DNA of 56,699 nucleotides, the filler included, from Catajapyx aquilonaris (Eukaryota), in assembly GCA_000934665.2 (NCBI GenBank). It is 2 parts of 2 records of this genome, joined end to end, with 100 filler letters (N's around TTAATTAATTAA, not from the genome) between each part and the next. Parts side by side here need not be neighbours in the genome. Positions count along the whole stretch, not along the records: positions 1 to 28,305 come from JYFJ02004935.1; 1 more part is not named here. The stretch is one strand, 5' to 3'. The position numbers and the translations under genes were made by a program. The notes beneath the pieces were generated by a model that saw nothing but the letters and a program-made list of their open reading frames with translations, was not told the DNA's origin and made no database searches. Numbering within the stretch: the stretch's first letter is position 1; the number at the start of each line of letters is the position of its first letter. Positions 12,260 to 23,406 of the stretch are shown here, piece by piece.

Positions 12260-12614
12260 CAGGTTGAGAATCCTTTATCCGAAATTCAACAATCCGAAAG
12301 TTTTTTAAATGCTGATATGGCGCGCCACAAATGGGAAATTCATTGTGAATATAGCATATGACTAGCATCATTACTTGCATCTGTACGACCATATACCTTC
12401 TTAAAAATTTATATATACTTCCGGGGATAATGTATAACCCCCGAAAATAAATGTAGCCTATGTGGATATCGTGGTCAGGCATTTATTACATCCCAAAGCT
12501 GGCCCATTTTCGAGATGCAAATGTATACAGACTACAGAGATTCCAAAATCCGTAGAAATCCGAAACACAAACACTTGAGGTTCCAAGCATTTCGGATAAA
12601 TGCTTCTCAACCTG
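12260..12614. mobile_element. Tigger/pogo-type MITE
   Basis: TA|CAGGTTGAGAATCCTTTATCCGAAA ... TTTCGGATAAATGCTTCTCAACCTG|TA; TIR resembles Tigger elements; TA TSD. Confidence 0.9.
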
Positions 12615-13040
12615 TATTAGGCAATGAAGGTCTGACTAAAAGAAGAAGAAGAAAAAAAAAGCAAACAGGATTCTAGTACTGTTCACACGAATGAGGACCA
12701 GATAGGCCACACCTCCTGCCAAATGTCATGCCCAGTGTTATTTCCAAATGTGGAACTGAATCAACACACCGTAGATTCCCTCTTTGCACCTCTTGGCAAA
12801 TCAGAAGTGAGCCAAACAGGGAAATATGATGAAGTGCTACTCCAAAGATATATGCCTTCAGCATAAGCTTTTCCTGACACTAAACACGTATTTCCAAATA
12901 TGTATTTTCAGTGGATGTGGCCTATACTGGCCTTATTTGTGGGATCAGTATACTATCAGATAGTTGGTTTGGATCAAGCCCTTATTAGGTTCCTTGTATT
13001 AAGCTGCGAAGTCAGGATATCCCGTCTAAGGCGGTTCTAC

Positions 13041-16000
13041 CTAGAGTCCTAGACTATATGGCAATAACTTACTGCAGTTTGATGGGGCCTGGAGGTAATT
13101 CGGAAGGTGCATCAAACATAACCGCAGAACTTCGTTCATGCGCAGTGGCATTCCATCCTCATCAACAGGCCATGAAGTCACTTGGTGGGTATGACAGCGT
13201 ACTGGACATGCAGGATTCCCAGATATCTGTGAAATAAATGCAATATTGCAGAGAGATATCGAAAGATATCAAAGATCATCAATGACAGGAACCTTGCCTT
13301 ACCTGGATGCTAATTTTATGGCGGTTCCTTTCGGTAATGTTGAGAAAGAAATCTCTACACCAATCGACAATAGCACGAAGTGATAGTTCCTTCAATGCAT
13401 TTATCTTTGTAAAAAATGAATTTTGTGATGAGAAATAATTCCCGCCATTCAGTTCACTACTGGACTTACTCGTTCGTGGCGCAGCTCAGCATCGGTTAGG
13501 CCAGCCCGTATGTGAGGATCGACAATCGGGGGTGCACAATCGATCACCTGCTTCTTCATCTTATGAACAACATTGTCAGGGATACGAGCAAGTCGGGAGG
13601 TAGTTCCTACCAGATATCGATCTATATAATTGTCCAGGTACGGTGCGCTAAACATCGATGACTTGCTGGCCAATGTCAGGACCAGCCCACACACATTTCC
13701 ATTACACATTTTCCTAGCTTGAATCATGAAATCACAATGGCGTCCAGTATGGATGAGTTGAATGCACTCCAAGTAGTTTAGAAGGAGCTGAAAGCATTTC
13801 TTTACTTTAGGACTGGACAATATGAGCGCAACAAGAAGAAAGTGAGTGCCGCAGTTTTCTCACCGACACCATGCTCAGCATGGTGTACGACTCCGACGTA
13901 TAGGAGCCGATGTGGTAATAGTTTGTCACTACGGTCGTGGAGTCTTTCAAATTGAAGTTCGTAGCCTTCAACAGCAGGGATTCCTGTTTTGGAGCTCTGA
14001 TCAGCTCAGGCTGTATGTGGAAAATAGCGCATCACGTTATTGCATTTTGGATAACAACTTGCGGTTCTAGGATTTCGTCCCCGGCAAAACATCCCCGGAA
14101 TTTTCGTCCCCGCCGGGATGTTCGCAAGGACAATTGGAGAAACATGTCTTCTAGTGCAATTTAATATAATTAAGGGTAATAGCCATACAGAATATACCGT
14201 GCGTCGTCGCTATGCTGTCAGTGTAAAAATTATGCGAATGATAAAATCATTTAAAACGCTCTCAATATAAAAATAATGTCAGTGCAAGAGGGAGGGAAAA
14301 CAGCACATTATATAGGTGAGCAATTAAATTGCAAGATTACAATATTACGGGCAATGCCACGAGGATAATCCACTACATCGCGATTGTCAAAGTGTGTCAC
14401 TATCGACTATATCCCTTTTGCCCATGATTTGTAGTTCTTTCGAGGATGCACAGATGCAACTCCGGCAATTCTCTGCTATAGAGCATTGGATAGCATTGTT
14501 CTTGATTGATTATCCCGTCTGACTACGCTCTATTTTCGGATATTTTCCTTGGAGACATACCCGACGAGGACGTTATTATTTTGTCGGGGACGTAAGTTGT
14601 CGGGGACGAATTATTATTTTCCTGTAACATGCCTCTTAAACTAATCACAAGGCTTCAATACCCACTGCAATAAACACACACTTAACCTTGTTCTTCAATT
14701 TAATTCCATTAATATATTGCTGCGATTATCCATTCTTCTGCATTCCATTCTATTTTACCGACATGACTTTCCTAGTCCCTGTGCTTCCAATGACTTTGTA
14801 AATTTTTTAAATAGTGTATTCTATACGTGAGATATACTTAATGACCCTGCATTAAATTTCATTCTTTGACTATTATTATGAATTTCAATATTGTAATGTA
14901 GAATAATGATGTGCAAATTATTATTTGTACATTACTTGATACGTTGCCTCATTTCAATTTGGGTTTCTCCTGCTGGCGACGCGACGCCTTGTTGGTATTT
15001 TGTTTCCGATATTATTAAAAACATCGATTAACTTTCGGTCCGTATTTTTTTTTTCTTCTTGAATGTGGGTTGCACCAATTAAGGTATTTGATAACTTAGG
15101 ACGGACAAATTATTATTACACTAGAGGTATTCACTTTTCGCGACATTAACATAATATTGTTACAAGGAATTAAAATAATAAATTACTTATAGGTTGTTTG
15201 CATGACTAAACATTTTTGATTGGGTCGCAAGGCCATTGCACTGACTGAGATCTCCTCTAAGAATACGTCACCTTTCCAGCTTTGATATGTTCTTAGCCAG
15301 GACTAGTTACTGTACACTTATTGAAAAATTCTCGCAAACACATGCGTCCAGGAAGTGGAATCTAGATATCTGGGGATTTCAGTGGCAGAAATTAAGCGTA
15401 TATTATACCAAATTCTATGGATAGTTGATTTGCTTGAATATAATACATAACATTGAATGTGGAACTGAATTGCATTAGATTGAAAAATGGCAAATTGGGT
15501 TGAATTCAATAGTATTCAATAGAATGGTTAGCAAGTTCTCAAGTCACTGAATTGAATTAAGTTAATTCATTTTGCAAGCAATTCTCTGAAAGGCATCAGA
15601 AAGTTGAATCCAGAAGCTAAATGTGGGCAATCAAAACATACCCCCATTGAATCTTCCTCGATCCGATTAGGGAAACGACGTTCCATCATTTTTCTCATAA
15701 GCTCACGTAGTCTGACATGTATAGTGCCTTCGAACTTGCATCTTATGACGAAGGTTTTGTGGACGATGCTGTTAAAGGCGCCCTTTGTTAATTTTTGAAG
15801 ACGTCTGCGTTTCTCCACAGGGTTCCAGCAGGTGCGTTTTAGTAAGGCTTGGAGAAAGCATCTAGGGATACATGGAAAGACTCTTGTCATATTGCCATAA
15901 GGAAAAAATGCACGATTTATTATTACCAGGACATGAGGTTTCATTCAATATCAAGCCACTGGATCTTATGTCTGTCCAAACTAAAATTTCTCTTTCAGTT

Positions 16001-19000
16001 TATAATTATTTTTATGCACAAAGCTAGATTTTAGGGTCCAGTAAAAATATTACATGCCAATATACTGTACGTATTAGGCTAAATGTAAGTAACCGTTCGT
16101 AACTTGAATGTCAATAATCCTTTAAACTTTAAACGTTGCGTACGAATGGCATTGGTTTCCTTGAAGTGTGTGGTCAATAAAGGTCTGAACTCATATCTGC
16201 TTTTAAGTTCGATGTTTTTTTTTGCGCTTGAGAGGGCAAAATACAATAATATATTGAATAGTGGCATGACTGTATCAACAGTTGGCAAGGGTGCCAAGAG
16301 GAGGGAGTGGGAATGGCTAGAGGGGAGAACCCACGTCACCACACATGGGGACTGTGATTGGTTGCTTGCAGAGTGTGCTTGCGCGTCCGATCTAGATCGA
16401 AGATGCAAGCACAAGATGTCAACAGGTGCCCTCTATGAAAGTTAACTACCCGCAGGCAGAAATTGCGTACGATTGCAAGCATTATTTTGTGACTTCCACA
16501 CGCAAAAGTCGGAGTTACAGGCAGATAATATTATGAGTTCAGACCAAAAGAGTGCACCCAAATTGCAAGCCTCCCTTCCTCCACCCTGCAGGGTATTTAA
16601 TGGTTGCATCCATTCAACCTAATATTGAGAGGTTATTAATATTAATATTAGATATGAAAGTAACTCTTTGAAGGTGAATATACTTAATAAAAAGCAAGTG
16701 AAACAAAAAAAAAACTTGTAGGTAGGCAGACACTTAAAATGACCTCCCTGTACAGGACGATTGTAGTAGCAAGCATGCATGTATCTCATAAATCAATATT
16801 CTGATATGACGGCTATTACTAGCAATTATCACAAAAACCTTCCATTCTGTAAAAAAAAAGGGTAGTAAGACCTCTATGGTGGATAGATATTAATTAAAAT
16901 TACATCGTTGCTAAGAAAAGAACTTTATTATTATAGAGAATACCGATATAAGATTTTTTCTGGCGTTGTACGAAGGAATTCGCTATAAACTGACAGGAAA
17001 AGGATCGTCCGTCACGCCGAGCTGGTGTCATGTTCAAACTGTGAAACCTTTATCATTCTGTAAGGGTTTTTGAGTTATGCTTCGTCAAAAAAGCGGAACA
17101 TTTCATTGTTGTTTTCGGTCGTTTGGTCTTACTATAGGGACTATGGTCCCTACAATATTTCATAACAGGTGTACCGGACGCTACCGGACGTATATTGGTC
17201 CAATAGTGGGATAGTGGTCTCAGTGGCTTTGTATAGTATGTTATTATTATTGCCTACCATTCATTGCGTGAAGTTGTTTAGCATTTGACCTGAAACACCA
17301 TCAGTTTCTAAAGGTTTGCTTAAAAGTCGCGAATCAGCTCACCTACTAAGAGCAGTAGGCTGCATGCAGCTCCTCTCGTAGATCTTTAAAAGCATGTCTT
17401 GTCCCATCTTAAATTCAGTGTCCCTGATGATGTCCGGAAAAGCTATCATGTGACCAGAAATTGTTGCCACCATCACCTACAATGGAGACACCACAGAATT
17501 ATTTAAATCGTTCAAGGTACCTCTGATCATAACTCACCGGAAGGCTCATGGAATTTCCAGATATAGTGATGCTAAGTACATGCTCAGTGTTTCGCATAGT
17601 CCATTTCATTCCAGCATGGCTTGCAGAATAAAGATCCGGAGTAACCCTTTGTCGCAGGAGAAGCGTATAAAGATCCAGAGCGACAACAAAATCCACTCCG
17701 ATATCTTTGTTAGCACATGTTATGACAAATTCGCACTTTCCTCGCTGAATGTCCTGCACATAATTCCCTTTGTCATATACCTCCAAAATCTCTGTACTCA
17801 GGTACTTGTTCTCGTGTGGAGGGGGGTGAAATTCAGGGAAGGGCTGCACCTCAGTTAAAGTCAAAAGCAGTAGTGGAGAGACATCTGCAACAAACAAGAC
17901 AATAATTATGAACAAACACTAAAACCTGTAAAATGTGACCCTTACGTGTGAAGCTATAGTCAAGTTTAGTCCAGTATTCGGTGATGATGCGACGAGCATT
18001 AGCATATACAGGGGATAATGACATGATGTTTGCTTTGAGAGGGGCCATTCCCTTCAGCAGGAATTTGAGAATGCTCTGCGAAATTTAAAGGCTCACTGAT
18101 AACAAATTTTACTGTCACACAGACAGGCTCTAGTCAGGTAGTTCGGAATAAATCACTCACAATTGGATGAAACTCTACATACAAGTCATGATCCAAAAGC
18201 GCCTCTGGAGGATAGTAATGCATCGCGTTCGATCTGTCCACCAACATGTGCATTGGGGGAGGCTCTTCATCATCCAACTGAAACTTCAGCATGGCCCCAA
18301 TTTGGAAGCCTTTGAATATCTCTTCCTTGACTCCGTCTCTAGCTATCATACCAAGGTAGGAGAATAGTGCCAATAAAATCTCGTTCTTTTTGGTAAATCC
18401 TAATTTGGTCAAGTATATCGAGACGGTCAAGACCGAGTATGTAAGAGTGGACTCGGAGATCCTGCAGTCTATGTCGTATGCCAAAAATCTGTGCCAAGTC
18501 ACAATTATTTTTTTTTAAAGACTCTACCATCATAAAATACTTTATAATTATTTTCATTTACCTGTCCCGAACGTAAGCAAGAAGGCTTCCTTGACCTTTG
18601 TGATTCAGGAAATTTAATATGTATGCTAACGGTTTGCACTTGAAATACCCATAGTGTGAGGGCAGGCACCAACTGACACGCATCTGCAAAATGCCAAGTG
18701 GACCATTATGGAATGCATGTTTACGCGCCAAGAAGCATATACGTATGTATAGGGTGAAAGACTGACCTCGTAAATGTCGAAGGGTGAAGCGACCCGGTAC
18801 ATCTTGCAAAAGATGTTGTCGTCACAAGGACGGGAGATTTTGACATAGATGGCTGGATGTAATACGTTCGGACTATATCTTTCCATGGTGGAGAAGGCTC
18901 TGCAGACAATGAGCTCCAACTCGTCCATGTTTTGAGGTCCTGCCACAGCCAGGGACATCCGACTGCCCACGTAATACTGGCACATAAAAGCCATCAGCGC

Positions 19001-21441
19001 CCTCCGCATATTCTCTCTCAGTGCGGGACAGCTATGCTTCCCGAGGCTGAACATGCTCATAGGGTGGGTTGGGTCGGGCAGAACTCTCAACAACCTTTTA
19101 AACCGTCCTTCTCTTCCGGAATTATTCCTGAATTGCTCTAAGCAATGTGAGAGAAACTCGTGATTAGGATCAAAGACACTCTTCGCAGACGTTTTCCTGA
19201 TTTGTACACACAAGATTAGCCTACCTGCGCAGGAATCAGTAGGCTAATCTTGTGAATTCCAGCTCACACTGGGGTTGTGCACACTCTGCTAGAACCATCT
19301 CATTTTATGCTCTGTTCTTGATTCAATCAGAAAATTGCGGTGACTGTCAACAATGTCAGCAATGAAACTATAACGACTGCAGGCTTGTGACTTCTGTGCA
19401 ATTATCTGGTTGAATTCAATACAGTATACATACTAATGACGAGTTCTTATCATGACTCAACCATTTCATGCAATGCATAGGTTACATTTCAAGTAGGCCT
19501 ACTTATAGTGTAGTTACAAACTGTCCTCTCAGGCCACCTCAGACCGGTTGTACTTGTATGAATACACATTAGGGGTCACTAAGAGTTTTGCTACTGTTTA
19601 GAGTTTAGACTGACAAGTGCTCATGCAATTGGCCCTAAAACTGCAATGTATTGTTCCGTAGGAGAGGGTGAGGCAAAGCAGAGTTGTTAAAAAATTATTC
19701 GGCATTAGGCTTGGCTATCTCTTTCTTCAAACAGATCCCTTCCGCCCAGAGGAAGAAGAAGGTACCATATAGTTTTTTGCGGGAATAGGGTTTTTGTGAC
19801 TATAACATGGCTTTTTTTTAAATCAGTCATTAATGCAAAACCATGCATCGTGACCAGACTATTGGGTATATGACCAGGTAATTTTAATATAAAACAGTGC
19901 AACATGATAATAAGGACATCAGTGATTTTTTTAGAGACTTTACCTGTTACAGTGTGGGGCTGGTTGAACCAACAATGGGGTTTGGGGTAAGTCAGACCAT
20001 GATCCGCGAAAAGGTGACAATGTCTCTGGCTTATAATCCCATGTCCATTTAACTTATATCCCACCGATAGAGAGAAGAAAGGAAAATAAGGAAAAAGGGG
20101 ATCCAGATTGTAGCACATTAAATCTGCACATTTCGGATTTAAAAAAATGAATATGCGGCGTCATTCTCCTCCTGAGAGTTTCTAGTTATCCCATAAAATA
20201 ATTCACCTTACTTCATAGGATACTTAATGCACCCTACGTCATGCACAACCTGTTGAATCACACTCACAGTCAGACCTAATAAAAATGTGATCTTATAAAT
20301 GTAGTAAATACTTTGAAGATTGCACTGCTAATGGAAAAATGACAAAGGGCGTATTAGCTTCATGAAAATGAAAACGAGCAATCTGCTCAAAGAATGGAAA
20401 TATTTATGGAAAACATTCAAATGCTAAAAAATATTCTGCCTGCCTCTTTTTGCCCCCCNNNNCCCCCCCGGTGTAGATTACCCCGAATGTGTAATTGATC
20501 CTAACTGACGGCTGATGACCCTCCGTCTGCTAGATTTGCCTTCAAGCCAGAATATCTGACTTACAGGATAAAACACTTCATGCACCATACAATCATAATA
20601 TTCGCATAATCTTACATACCTTCCAAGAGAGCTAACTTTCTTTGAAATGCATTCAGGTCGAACCTTGGCCTTACGAAGGCGTCCGAAAAGCGGTCCAAAG
20701 CCTCTGGCAGATGCTTGGCGTCAACTGTGAAATAATATGTGACGAGTTCGTGTTCAGTCATGGACCACATCTTCCCATTATGCTCCTAAACAGAGAAATA
20801 AAAGTTTGGAGTGAAAACCATACAGGAGGGGTGCATGTTGTCGTGAAAAGGTGTCCTGACCCGAACAAATTTGTCCATATCATCTGGCTCGGGATATTGA
20901 GCGCTTCCCATGAACACGGTGTGCTCCACAAAACGGGCCATTCCAAGCCATTCCTCCGGGTCGTGTATGCTTCCTGCACGAAAACTCGCCGAGACTGCAA
21001 CCTAGTGGTGGACAAGTGCAAGTTGGAGTAGTAAATAAAGAGCCTCCTAAATGTACAAACTGGTAATGCATTTTAATCACCTGCTTCCAATTAACTTTTT
21101 TTTGCAGGGACACGGCTCCTCCTCTGTGCATAACGAGGTTCCTATACATGTGATAACCACAATAAGACATTTAGGATAATGCGGAACGTGAGACACGAAT
21201 CTCAAGGGAACAAGACTGACCTATACTCGCTATTGTCACGGGATGGCTTGCATGGTGGGGGATATTTCCCAGGGCTGCTTCCGACGAAAAAATTTCGTGC
21301 CATGTGTAAAATGTGTTGACACTCCTCTCCAAGCTGGTTTCCGAAGCAACACCAACAATACCCGACTCCTCCATTGTTTTTCTTGACGATTTTAGCACAA
21401 AACCAGACAAGTGACGATCGCTTGTTTACACCATTGCACAT
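13041..21441 (-). CDS. Insulysin/nardilysin-like M16A peptidase homologue, predicted catalytically inactive; 15 exons: 21441-21221, 21141-21081, 21001-20861, 20785-20620, 19137-18767, 18683-18562, 18488-18161, 18075-17946, 17884-17538, 17476-17343, 15861-15642, 14010-13864, 13787-13470, 13404-13303, 13226-13041 (~997 aa)
   Basis: All introns GT-AG and phase-compatible; total 2994 nt without internal stops. Colinear M16A motifs: KPSRDNSEYR, GSIHDPEEWLGMARFVEHTVFMGSAQYP, YYFTVDAKHLPEALDRF, HPMSMFSLG, YYVGSRMSLAV, KPLAYILNFLNHKGQGSLL, HPPPHENKY, TNYYHIG, HKISIQISG, terminal LLPY. Start codon and last exon are less certain. Confidence 0.85.
14062..14631. mobile_element. Non-autonomous DNA transposon with subterminal repeats (intronic)
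   Basis: TTTCGTCCCCG repeats at the left end and inverted CGGGGACG(AA) repeats at the right end; short imperfect TIR. Confidence 0.55.
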
Positions 21442-21517
21442 AGGCAGTATCTTCCTGTGATGCCTTTAGCAGACAGGTTGGGGCACTCACCCCCGCCCGT
21501 GGATCCGGTCGCTTCTC

Positions 21518-22094
21518 ACAAGGGAAGGTCACAGGGTGATAATGACGGATCTTGATGAAATTTAACATGCTAATACAGGACAATATATGATACCCAAAAA
21601 TGAAATATTTCGTGCGGAGGCACGAATTTTTATGTGCAAAAGTTATGACGTCTTAAAGTACCAAAAATAATACATTTTCATTCATAATGGGATTACATTA
21701 GCGACCACACATAAGACCACATTGAAGTGTGTAATCAGTTTCTACACTTTGTCTCATCGGAAAAAGTCCTACATAACGGCTCTGTATCTCTTACAGTTTA
21801 GGCCTTGATACCTGTCCACAGACGGACGGACGGACAGAGCCGTTCTGTATGACTTTTTTCCGACAAGAAAAAGTGTAGAAACTGATTACACACTTCAATG
21901 TCATTATATGGGGTCGCTAATGTAATCCCATTATGAATGAAAATGTATTATTTTTGGAATTTAAGACGTCATAACTTTTGCAAATATGGGCCTCCGCACG
22001 AAATATTTCATTTTTTGGGTATCATATATTGTCCTGTATTAGCATGTTAAATTTCATCAAGATCCGTTATTATCACCCCGTGACTTTCCCTTGT
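21518..22094. mobile_element. ~577-bp foldback with ~255-bp arms, DINE-1/Helentron-associated-like sequence
   Basis: ACAAGGGAAGGTCAC...AAAAAGTCCTACA is mirrored by TGTATGACTTTTT...GTGACTTTCCCTTGT; the spacer carries a GACGGACGGACGGACAGA microsatellite. Confidence 0.8.
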
Positions 22095-22516
22095 CAGTAT
22101 ACCTTTAAATAATAATATTATGTTGAATCTAATAGTGCTTTAATTAATGTCTATGCTACATGCCTCGTAAGGAGGTCAAGTACTACCCGGACTTTTCAAA
22201 TGATAATTATCAGCATGAGATGATGCAATACTGTATGGTCAGTTGATCACACATCTTAAAGTCACTGCATGCGCCACTGCACTGTACAATGCATCATTGA
22301 CATCAGAACCGAACTACAGCTCTACCCTTATTATTCCTGGATTTTTTTGATAATCTTTTAATATTGTTCTCTTACTTTTAAGAATGCAGAGAATCAGAAT
22401 GGGTTGTAATATTAGGCTTACTCTGATTTAAAAGTTGTGGCCTAAGAGCAAACCATATTATTTTGTTCAAATGTCTATGCAGGTCTATACCTCGTTTCTC
22501 TACACTTAGACAGAAC

Positions 22517-22890
22517 TTGCAGATGATACTTTATTTGCTATATTTAAAGTTTCTACACAGTCTAATATCATGGTTTTCAGTTGCAATATGCATCTGATTT
22601 TGAAATCATGCTAATCAATTTGGAGATCGCGAGACAAGTTGGTGATAGGTTATATAATTTTGGGGAAGGTAAATTGGTGAGGTCATACTTAATTTTTAAA
22701 TGGGCACATTAGCGTAACTCATGTGACCTAGTTTGATGAATAATAGAATATTGACATTGGACGTAATAATACAGTAATACGTATTATTTATAAACACACC
22801 TCCCTCTGCTTTTGATCTGCAGAAACCTGAAAACCATGATATTAGACTGTGTAGAAACTTTAAGTATAGCAAATAAAGTATCATCTGCAA
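22517..22890. repeat. ~63-bp inverted repeat of a LINE reverse-transcriptase fragment
   Basis: 22517-22580 is the near reverse complement of 22828-22890; translates (I)FADDTLFAI, a YADD-type RT motif. Confidence 0.55.
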
Positions 22891-23406
22891 AGATGTATTA
22901 TGGTATAGATGAATTTTTTAAGAGCGCAACCGAGTGTGCATCCACACTCGCGCAAGTTCATTATTCCGACAACAACGTTGCTACAGGATGCACCCATAAA
23001 GGCTGATGTGAAAGTGACATCTCACTTGACCCATTTGTTGATATTCATTTAATAGTTATTGAATTCTTTAAATTTATTCAATAGTTATTTGAATTTAACA
23101 GCACTGAATTGATCCTCCTTTACCATTGAGAAAATTACAAAATTTGAATTGTGTTAAATTGACAAATATTGTAAATAATTCAACCCACGTACCTCACTTG
23201 ATTGACACTTTTTTGCAATTATGGCTTTCACCTCTCTCCATTCACACTATTATGCACCTTGCAGGTGGCGATTAAGTGGCCTGCGACAAACCGTTTTGGC
23301 AGCGCTTTCGACTGGAAATTGCCAGGGAAACAATCATTTTGGCCCCCGTGCTAATGCTTAGAGATACCTAGCGGAGACAGCAGTAAGCAGACAACTCGGA
23401 TGTTGT

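Noticed and set aside
19705..20118. 137-aa ORF inside an M16-gene intron
   Set aside because: Flanking exons join in phase without it and it shows no M16 similarity
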